DNA of 12,902 bases, taken from Amoeboradix gromovi X-113. Its lineage: Eukaryota > Fungi > Sanchytriomycota. A model generated the notes under the pieces. It saw only the letters and a program-made list of their open reading frames with translations, ran no database searches and was not told the origin of the DNA. The stretch lies in NCBI GenBank assembly GCA_018985225.1, contig JADGIF010000248.1, forward strand, positions 1 to 12,902. Reading direction: 5' to 3'. Below, in pieces: positions 1 through 7,458 of this stretch; within the stretch, counting starts at the first letter, position 1, and each line of letters opens with the position of its first letter. The position numbers and the translations under genes are program-made.

Positions 1-488
1 CAAGAACCAATGCCTTCACCATTTCTTTTTTTTAAATCTCTATGGATGGAGTTCGTACCAGGGGCAGCACAAACAGGAACGCCAAATTTGGATACTGCAG
101 TACTAATCAGAGCACTATTTTCGTCAAAAAAGTGAGGATTGCGTGCTTTTAAGATTCTCGCCTGCTCGATTACTTCCTGGTCACTGAAAATGTCATTCAT
201 TTGCTGTCTAACAAAGCCGTTTCTGGACACCTCAATTAACCTGTCATAAACAATAAAGCATTCAGATGCCTCGGGATCCATCATACAACTCAACAAGTAC
301 TTCTCGTCACTAAAAGAAGGCTCTGTAAAATATTGCTCTAATGCTGCCTTTGCTTTAGATGCAGCAGTTGAGTAAGCACTTGGAATCATTTGATTAGTTT
401 CACGTTGAAGATCCTTCTCGAGGGAATTTGTCGAACCAGCTGCAAATACATCTGCATACATTGCAAACAAAATACTAATTAACAACAT
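1..488 (-). CDS. Hypothetical secreted protein, 5' part; the frame runs open off the left edge of the window
   Basis: Manual translation from the ATG at 488 gives 162 stop-free codons: MLLISILFAMYADVFAAGSTNSLEKDLQRETNQMIPS...SIHRDLKKRNGEGIGS. The hydrophobic N-terminus ends in VFA (signal-peptide-like) and a dibasic KKR lies near the window edge. It is absent from the ORF track because its stop is outside the window. Confidence 0.75.
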   Translation of the reverse strand, partial: MLLISILFAMYADVFAAGSTNSLEKDLQRETNQMIPSAYSTAASKAKAALEQYFTEPSFSDEKYLLSCMMDPEASECFIVYDRLIEVSRNGFVRQQMNDIFSDQEVIEQARILKARNPHFFDENSALISTAVSKFGVPVCAAPGTNSIHRDLKKRNGEGIGS

Positions 489-1075
489 TCTTTCACAAAA
501 ACAGAGGACAGGCCACTATTTGTTAGAATTCTGGACTCCTTGCACAACTAGGAGCCCTATGAAAAGCCCTACATATTGCGTAATAACCCCTTTCTAATAT
601 CCACTTGTTTCCGGTTGTTGTGCAAATAAGCAAAGGGATATCTCAAAATTGGCAGCTAGTGTGGGATTCTAAATTCATCTAAAAAAGAAAGCTAGAGTCA
701 GGAATTAAATAGCAATACTTTTGACCGAATGCATATTAGGGCGATTCAATTACGGCAAAACAACTGGCTTCTCGCATTCGGCACGGTATTCATGAAGCAC
801 AATTTTCATTCCTAGTAAACCGCGCATGCACATCATGATTAGTTCTTTCTTCATTAACACCCACTATATAATACTTGGCAGAGGAAGATTCCTTTTTTAC
901 GACAATTGTTTTTGACCTACAAAGCAACAGTTTGTGTAATCCAATTAAATCCGTATACATCTACAAACTCTCTGATATCTTTTAGTGCCTTTAAACTAAA
1001 AACATACAATGGTTGTCTCATTGCTTTGTGTCTACATCGCTACACGTCCTGGCTTGCTAGATAATCAAGAATTTT

Positions 1076-1186
1076 CAGAGAGCAACTGACAATGCTAATC
1101 ACTCTGCTACACCAGCAATTTACATTGCCGTAACTCAGAGGTGGCTTGTAATTCTAGCATATGTTCTTGCTGCCATGCAGTCTCTA
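1076..1186 (-). ncRNA. Candidate omega-RNA-like scaffold: long imperfect stem-loop overlapping the 3' end of the TnpB/Fanzor relic
   Basis: On the minus strand, nested helices surround a GTAA tetraloop (1120-1123): GGCAAT/ATTGCT, TTAC/GTAG, CAC(C)TCTG/CAGAGTG, ATGCTAG/TTAGCAT, GGCAGC/GTTGCT, TAGAG/CTCTG. The non-Watson-Crick pairs are G-U on the minus strand. Identity as omega-RNA is inferred from position only. Confidence 0.35.
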
Positions 1187-1430
1187 TCGGATTTCAAGTG
1201 AGGGATCCTAAATATCTCTTTGCAAATTGACTTCTTTGGATAACCCGAACTTTTCCTTTTTTGAGTAGCAGATGATTCATTACATTCAAGTAGCTTTTCC
1301 TCTTGTTTGACATGAATCCTAGGCAATACTAAAACAAAAGTGGAATATTTTTCCTAGCGTTAAAGGCGCCGTGTATTTCCATTCTTGGACCAGTTTTAAA
1401 GGTTCAAAAATTATGTTTGGTATTTATTAG
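1135..1430 (-). pseudogene. Decayed TnpB/Fanzor-like nuclease C-terminal fragment, copy A
   Basis: ORF 1135-1326 reads KQEEKLLECNESSATQKRKSSGYPKKSICKEIFRIPHLKSDRDCMAART. Adding one A after AGA gives DRDCMAARNIC, matching the TnpB RuvC-III motif DRDxNAAxNI, with 28 codons between ECNES and DRD (1180-1188). Upstream in another frame, IIFEPLKLVQ (E at 1403-1405) resembles the RuvC-II region. Frameshifts and stops are present. Confidence 0.65.
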
Positions 1431-1699
1431 CAGTTTATTACGCTTTAATATATTATTGATCGCGAGGCTCCGACCGATTTCTCATAATGACAAGAATGTC
1501 ATGTTTTATCAATACAAAAAATTCTAGGAAGAAACATTTTAGTGCGACAGAATTCGTGTAGTCACAATAAATGATTTATTCGATTAAAATAGACAGCTGA
1601 AATTCTTTTTACAGGTTTTCGTACTATCGGCACATTACATCTTAATTGAAAGAATAAAAGACGCGGATGCAAGGGAACACTGGTAATAAAACAAGCCTT

Positions 1700-1996
1700 G
1701 TAGTTGCAGTTTTCTATCAACAGATGTTAAGCATCATGGCTTATTCGGGCCCATTACAGAGAGGACCTTGTAGGGGATATGTTATAGAGCACTACTTAAT
1801 TTAATAGTCGCGAGTAACTAGTAAATGATTCATTACATTCGATTATCGTCTTTCCTCTTTGTTTGCACTTGAACTTCAAGCGTTCCTTGAATAAATTGTA
1901 CAGATATCGCTGTCTAGGCATTGAAAGACATCTAATTGTTCCATGCTTGGGCCAGTTCCTCAGCGTTGATGAATGTATGCTGTTCCTGTTATTTCT
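1700..1996 (-). pseudogene. Decayed TnpB/Fanzor-like nuclease C-terminal fragment, copy B
   Basis: The stop-free frame 1996-1796 contains YNLFKERLKFKCKQRGKTIIECNESFTS (1900-1817), matching the TnpB/Fanzor pattern YxFxxxLxxKxxxxGxxhhxhNExYTS. Downstream in a shifted frame is CLTSVDR, then AAACTGCAAC (about 1733-1703), a degenerate CxxxhDRDxN. It shares an identical 16-mer and collinear blocks with copy A. Confidence 0.7.
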
Positions 1997-2331
1997 TTAG
2001 ATTTGATTTACCATTTGCGAATAGGAAGAATATCGAGTATTTAAGCTGTTGGAAAAATCTGGAAAAGTCATGAAATTATATAAAAATGCACAAAAATTCG
2101 AGATAAATCATTGATTCAAGAAAGATATCGAGCTGTTTAAGGAAAGTGTGACCTCGCATTCATGCAATGATTTGAAGGTTGCACGCCATGCCTTTTATTG
2201 ATACCTAATGTACCCTTTTCCAACATTTTTATAAATTGAAAACCACACTATGTGATGTCTTGAGAATAGGGATGCAATTACGTTGTAAAAACTAAAACTG
2301 TTTGTAGAATGCTATTTCAAAGGATAAGCTA

Positions 2332-2362
2332 ATATGCAGAACAACAGAGCTGTTCTGCATAT
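2332..2362. repeat. Perfect 12-bp inverted repeat (hairpin, 7-nt loop)
   Basis: ATATGCAGAACA (2332-2343) + ACAGAGC + TGTTCTGCATAT (2351-2362); the arms are exact reverse complements. Confidence 0.9.
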
Positions 2363-2529
2363 GAAAGATGAAGTGCAAGAACTTTTATAACTGCGGAAAT
2401 AGTGAAATATTCAATGTATAAACAATCTCGGAATATCTTGCAAGGCAAATGAATGACAATAATGTGAGCAGATATTAATACTAATAAGATGATAAGATGC
2501 AGTTTTAAAGTTACCAAGTTTATTGCTCT

Positions 2530-3069
2530 TTACTTCAGTAAGTTCAAAATTGCTGATTCTAAGCTAAATAAATGATCGTCTTGAACATGTGGCATTAATT
2601 CACGAACAGCAGAGGCTAGCTTTAACACATAACATGAGTTTTTACCGCTCATTCCTTGGCAAGAAATAATGTGCGAGGCCATCTTTTGAATTGGTGCAAT
2701 ACCTAAATAAACCTCATTATCAGGTCTTGCTATATATGTTAAAACTTCTTCGTATATTGGTTTCGAGTCATTTTCGTTCGCATAAACATTCAACTTTTCC
2801 ACCTTGTAGCCATTTCTTTCTCTGAAATCCAATTTTGCGAGGGAATCAGTGTAATTTGGATCTAATGTGAAAACTACCCCCCAGCAGTGTGCAGTAGGCT
2901 CCTCTAATAAGGTGCATACCCTACCAGGAGAATCTATAGTGCCTCTATGATCTGTACTTCCTTGATAGAAATAACGAGACCACCCTTTTATGCAGACTAC
3001 CTCTTTCTTTATGAATGGGACATCCATTTTATAGATCAGAGATCCGTATCCAAAAACGCGAGTAGACAT
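2530..3069 (-). CDS. chaC: ChaC-family glutathione-specific gamma-glutamylcyclotransferase (GCG1/ChaC-like)
   Basis: 179 aa with VFGYGSLI, QGSTDHRGT...PGRVCTL, LDFRERNGY (conserved catalytic Glu), GMSGKN..Y and DDHL. No intron. Confidence 0.93.
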   Translation of the reverse strand: MSTRVFGYGSLIYKMDVPFIKKEVVCIKGWSRYFYQGSTDHRGTIDSPGRVCTLLEEPTAHCWGVVFTLDPNYTDSLAKLDFRERNGYKVEKLNVYANENDSKPIYEEVLTYIARPDNEVYLGIAPIQKMASHIISCQGMSGKNSCYVLKLASAVRELMPHVQDDHLFSLESAILNLLK

Positions 3070-3357
3070 TCCAAAAGATGGGAGGTAACGCTACTTATGA
3101 AATAAACCAGGAAAAACAGCATCCCCTGTGCCGTTTTGATTGGTGGATAACCTATTAGATAGAAATCAATCATAATGACATCCCGTTATGCCATAATCAA
3201 ATTAGGATTGTATTTTATGAATACTCATGATAGTTTATATATTTTTGAGAATTTCAATATTTTTATAATCCCAGAAAGTGATTGGTCTGAAGCAAACATG
3301 CTAGTAGAACGAGAGAGGTATAGCCAATAATGATATTCACTAGAATTTATTCAAGCT

Positions 3358-3774
3358 TTAGTTTGTAGTTTGACGAGAAACCTTGTCCAAGACAACATCC
3401 TTTGCAATTTCACTGAAGTCAGTAGCCTGAATCTCGGTCTGAACACCGACCAACTTCTTTCGGATTCCATCCTTTGAAGCTGCGTAAATCATTTTTTCTT
3501 TGATTTTACTCTCATCAGGTGACCATGTAAAGAAAATGATTTTGCTTCTTGGTCCTTCACCAAAGTCGAATTCCAAATCAAAAACAGCATATCTGCATCC
3601 TTTCTTAGGTAGTACTCCCAAGAATTCTTCGTAAGATCCGCTTGATGCCTTATCAACTACCACTTCGGTAAGTTCGTCATTCAATTTGTATAGAATATAC
3701 TTGAATTTCTTACTCATCTTCAAGTCTTGGAACGCGCTCATGCAAGCATCATTTACTGCTACTCCTGAAGCCAT
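3358..3774 (-). CDS. COF1: Cofilin / actin-depolymerizing factor
   Basis: 138 aa: MASGVAV (regulatory Ser3), CRYAVFD, KIIFFTWSPD, KMIYAASKD, EIQATD. No intron. Confidence 0.97.
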   Translation of the reverse strand: MASGVAVNDACMSAFQDLKMSKKFKYILYKLNDELTEVVVDKASSGSYEEFLGVLPKKGCRYAVFDLEFDFGEGPRSKIIFFTWSPDESKIKEKMIYAASKDGIRKKLVGVQTEIQATDFSEIAKDVVLDKVSRQTTN

Positions 3775-3926
3775 GTATCAAAAAAGGGGATGCCAGATTT
3801 TATATTGAAAAAAACACGAAATGCTTGGACCCGATTGGTTAATATTGAGAGCCATTTTATTCGGTCAATTCCAATTTTAATATACGAAATTAAGCTCTAG
3901 GTGACTCACGTCGAAATTTAATTAGT

Positions 3927-4388
3927 TTATTTGTTTGGAAAATCCTTAAGCGCATGTTCTTGCGTAAACTTCTTGGCAGTCTTCATAGCTAGTTCCAAAT
4001 CGTCTTTGTATTCTTTAGCTACTTGGTTATTCAAAGGATCATCGGGATTAGGCGCGCTAAGCAATGCTTGAATACTTAATAAAACAGTTCTGATTTGTAA
4101 TGCAGGCGTCCATTTGTCTTTCAAAATATCCAAGCATATTCTACCAAGCATATCAATATTGGGATGATATACCTTTGTTAGGAATCTAATTTTGGGTGGC
4201 TCCATAGGATAGCTGTCTGGTAAATACAGTTCCAGATGAAAAATGCCGTAATAAGGAGTATCTTTTGGTCCCTTCAAATACACTTGAAAATATCTCATTT
4301 CCTCATTTGGTATTATTTTAATATCTGGTATTGGTTCCTGCTGCAGTCTCTGTACCTCTTTTAAAATTCTCTTTGCGGAATTAGACAT
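3927..4388 (-). CDS. UBC13: Ubiquitin-conjugating enzyme E2, Ubc13/UBE2N
   Basis: 153 aa with [46 protein letters not shown]; the [26 protein letters not shown] stretch is characteristic of Ubc13. Confidence 0.95.
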   Translation of the reverse strand: MSNSAKRILKEVQRLQQEPIPDIKIIPNEEMRYFQVYLKGPKDTPYYGIFHLELYLPDSYPMEPPKIRFLTKVYHPNIDMLGRICLDILKDKWTPALQIRTVLLSIQALLSAPNPDDPLNNQVAKEYKDDLELAMKTAKKFTQEHALKDFPNK

Positions 4389-4477
4389 TGAGCCTACTGT
4401 TTAAAGGAGCAAACAAAAACTTGAATTTTGTAAAACAAATTTTTCATATAAGCAACAAGAAGTACTCGTGACCTTCA

Positions 4478-4551
4478 GTATGTCTTGCTAACTTTCCATT
4501 TATTTCCAAACATCTTTTTTCGATCCATTTTCCCCTTTATACTTTATGCAG
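4478..4551 (+). other. Candidate 74-nt 5'-UTR intron of eIF5B
   Basis: GTATGT at 4478-4483, GCTAAC at 4487-4492, then a pyrimidine-rich AG-free tract up to CAG at 4549-4551, one nucleotide before the ATG at 4553. Confidence 0.4.
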
Positions 4552-4552
4552 G

Positions 4553-7321
4553 ATGAGCGCAATAGATTTATTATTTGAAAGCAAGGCGAAGAAAAGAAAG
4601 TCCGCTAAATCAGACAAACGGAAAAAGGAAAATCAAGAGGAGCTAGAAATGGACTTTGTTGAAGAGGCTGCTGATTTGCCACCATTGGAGATCAAAATAA
4701 AGTCAAAAAAAGAGAAGGAAAAGGAAAAAAAGTTAAAGGCTAAACTACTTAAGCAGCAGCAACAGAAGCCAAGATTTCAATCACCTTCGGAATCCGAATC
4801 AGACGAGTCAGTTATTAATGAACCGCCGCCTGTTGTTGAGATCAAAATAAAAACAAAGAAGGAGAAGGAAAAAGAAAAGAAATTGAAAGCCAAACTTCTC
4901 AAACAGCAGCAACTGAAGAACAAGCATACTGCCTTAGAGCCTGATCAAAAATCAGAGTCATCAAGTGCTTCAGAACCAGCTCTCCCTCCAGTGGAAGTCA
5001 GAATCAAATCCAAATCAGAGAAGTTAAAAGAAAAGAAACTGAAAGAGAAACTGGCTAAACAGCAGCAACGACTCAGGTCGCAATCAAACAATGCTATTCA
5101 GCAACAATCTGCTGCAGTTCACCAGAAACTTCAGCAACAAAAGCAGATTGAGTCTAACTGGTATGATGATTCTGAAGAATCGGAGGACGAGCAAGTAGAA
5201 GCTATTGAAGAGTCTTCATCTGCTGAATCAACAGAATCTACAGTTGATGATACGCCTAGAATTGTTTATGCTGATAAAAAGAAGAAAAGGAAACCAGCAT
5301 TTAAACGTGAAAAGCCTAATGCAAACGGTGCAACGGAGTTTTCCGAGGTAAAACAAGATCTTCCACAGAACTCCGATGATTTAGAAGACTGGGAAAAGCT
5401 AGTCGAACCAGAGGATGTTCAAAGCACTGACAAACCTGCTGCTCCAGCCGACAATGTCGCGCCTAAGACCACAACTAATGCTAAAAATTCTGGGGTAAAG
5501 ACTTCGAAAGCAGTTGATGAGTCGACCACATCCAATAGGGTTTTGTCTAGCACCCTTAGATGTCCTATATTCTGTATTCTAGGCCATGTTGACGTTGGTA
5601 AAACCAAGCTATTAGATAACATCAGACAGACTAACGTACAAGGCCAGGAACATGGCGGAATCACTCAACAAATAGGTGCAACATATATGCCAATTGATTC
5701 AGTAATGAAGAGAACTAATAGCAATGTTACTCCTAATATTCCTGGTTTATTAGTAATAGATACACCTGGTCATGAGTCTTTTAGTAATTTGAGGTCTAGA
5801 GGATCATCACTGTGCAATATAGCTATCCTGGTAGTTGACATAACTCATGGATTAGAACCGCAGACCATTGAAAGCATGAATTTGTTAAAACAGCGTAAAA
5901 CTCCATTTATAGTAGCATTGAATAAGGTAGATCGGCTATACGGATGGAAATCAACCAACAACAAGAATGAGAGCATAGTAGAGTCTATTAAGCATCAGGA
6001 GCCATCTGTTATACGAATTTATGAGAATAAACTTGTTGAAATGAACACTCAGTTTCAAGAGCAGGGTTTCAATTCGCAAGTATTTTACAAGAACAAGAAC
6101 ATGGCAAAGTATCTCAACTTGGTTCCTACAAGCGCTTTTACGGGGTTAGGAATCAGTGATTTGTTATCATTATTGATAACGTTGACTACAACTAGAATGT
6201 CCAATCAACTAACAGTAACTAATAAATTTGAGTGTACTGTGCTAGATGTTAAAGTAGTAGATGGTTTAGGTAGTTGCATTGATGTTATACTGGTAAGTGG
6301 CGTACTTTGCGAGGGAGACACCATCATTGTTTGCGGTCTACAAGGGCCTATAATGACAAACATTAGAGCTCTACTTACACCACAGCCAATGAGAGAGAGC
6401 AGGGTTAAGGGACAGTATGTGAATCACTCGGAAGTCAGAGCAGCGATGGGTGTACGTATTTGTGGCGATGATCTACAAGAATGCCTTGCAGGATGTTCAG
6501 TTTATAAAGTCCAAGACACGCAAAACCTGGATGAAGTAGAGAGGTTGAAAGATGAATCCATGACCGATTTCAACGATATGACAAAATACTTAAATACAGA
6601 GTATGGAGTACACGTCCAAGCAAGCACTTTGGGAAGTTTGGAAGCATTACTGACATTTCTCAAAGACAATGATGTGCAAGTGCATTCATTTGGAATAGGT
6701 CCGATACATAAAAAGGATGTGAGGAAAGCTAATATGATGATGGATCATCACAGTGAATATGCATGCATGCTATGCTTTGATTGCAAAGGGGGCCAGGATG
6801 TGATGGATTTGGCGAAGGACTTGGGCGTAACGATGTTTATGGCGAATGTAATATATCACCTCTTTGATTCTTATCAGAAATATTCGACAGATTTATTGGA
6901 AAGAAAAAGAATAGAACAAGCCCCACAGGCAGTATTTCCCTGTTGCTTAAAGACAATAAGCGCATTCAACAAAAGAGATCCGATAATATTGGGAGTAGAC
7001 GTAATTGAAGGAATTTTAAAGATTGGAACACCATTATGCGTTATAGTGGATGAGGTAGTAGTAAAATTGGGGAAAGTCACAAGCATAGAAAAGGACCATA
7101 AGTCTCTGGAGTATGTAAGGGATAGTAGAGGAGGAGTGGCGATAAAAATAGAAAGTACGGAGCCGAGACAATTTGGGAGACATTTTACAGAAAAGGATGT
7201 TATATACAGCTGCATAACAAGGCAAAGTATAGATGTATTAAAGGATACGTTTAGAGATACTGTCGAAAAAGAGGACTGGCAACTGATAGTTAAGCTCAAG
7301 CAGCTGTTTAACATCAAGTAA
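4553..7321 (+). CDS. FUN12: Eukaryotic translation initiation factor 5B (IF2 homolog)
   Basis: 922 aa; charged low-complexity N-terminus, then LRCPIFCILGHVDVGKTKLLD, GGITQQIGAT, DTPGHESFSNLRSRGSSLC, NKVD, QASTLGSLEALL and the C-terminal ITRQSIDVLK...W.LIVKLK. Confidence 0.97.
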   Translation: MSAIDLLFESKAKKRKSAKSDKRKKENQEELEMDFVEEAADLPPLEIKIKSKKEKEKEKKLKAKLLKQQQQKPRFQSPSESESDESVINEPPPVVEIKIKTKKEKEKEKKLKAKLLKQQQLKNKHTALEPDQKSESSSASEPALPPVEVRIKSKSEKLKEKKLKEKLAKQQQRLRSQSNNAIQQQSAAVHQKLQQQKQIESNWYDDSEESEDEQVEAIEESSSAESTESTVDDTPRIVYADKKKKRKPAFKREKPNANGATEFSEVKQDLPQNSDDLEDWEKLVEPEDVQSTDKPAAPADNVAPKTTTNAKNSGVKTSKAVDESTTSNRVLSSTLRCPIFCILGHVDVGKTKLLDNIRQTNVQGQEHGGITQQIGATYMPIDSVMKRTNSNVTPNIPGLLVIDTPGHESFSNLRSRGSSLCNIAILVVDITHGLEPQTIESMNLLKQRKTPFIVALNKVDRLYGWKSTNNKNESIVESIKHQEPSVIRIYENKLVEMNTQFQEQGFNSQVFYKNKNMAKYLNLVPTSAFTGLGISDLLSLLITLTTTRMSNQLTVTNKFECTVLDVKVVDGLGSCIDVILVSGVLCEGDTIIVCGLQGPIMTNIRALLTPQPMRESRVKGQYVNHSEVRAAMGVRICGDDLQECLAGCSVYKVQDTQNLDEVERLKDESMTDFNDMTKYLNTEYGVHVQASTLGSLEALLTFLKDNDVQVHSFGIGPIHKKDVRKANMMMDHHSEYACMLCFDCKGGQDVMDLAKDLGVTMFMANVIYHLFDSYQKYSTDLLERKRIEQAPQAVFPCCLKTISAFNKRDPIILGVDVIEGILKIGTPLCVIVDEVVVKLGKVTSIEKDHKSLEYVRDSRGGVAIKIESTEPRQFGRHFTEKDVIYSCITRQSIDVLKDTFRDTVEKEDWQLIVKLKQLFNIK
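4679..5068 (+). repeat. Three copies of a ~28-aa basic/helical motif in the eIF5B N-terminus
   Basis: PPLEIKIKSKKEKEKEKKLKAKLLKQQQ (4679-4762), PPVVEIKIKTKKEKEKEKKLKAKLLKQQQ (4826-4912) and PPVEVRIKSKSEKLKEKKLKEKLAKQQQ (4985-5068), separated by Ser/Glu-rich spacers. Confidence 0.9.
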
Positions 7322-7458
7322 GGTAAATAAATTATTTAGAGTAAATCAAATAAAATTGATCTTTCAGTCACAAAACGTCATATGGTTGACTCGGGTTACT
7401 CGTGTTAAAACTCGTATGACGTCGATTGTTTATAAAACATTGCCAAGATCAGAAGAAC

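Noticed and set aside
1272-1840. CRISPR-like repeat from the identical 16-mers
   Set aside because: Only two copies, 553 nt apart, in a eukaryotic context; they are explained by the ECNES codons of the two relics.
2329-2517. 62-aa hydrophobic minus-strand ORF
   Set aside because: Non-ATG start directly after the ChaC poly(A) signal; composition expected from AT-rich DNA.
3927-5680. Small deviations in conserved proteins (apparent single-residue deletions in Ubc13; GHVDVGKT instead of GHVDTGKT in eIF5B)
   Set aside because: Catalytic residues are intact; consistent with a fast-evolving lineage rather than altered function.
5419-7317. Minus-strand ORFs 5419-5664, 6874-7317 and 7034-7225
   Set aside because: Antisense shadows of the eIF5B coding sequence, with no recognisable motifs.
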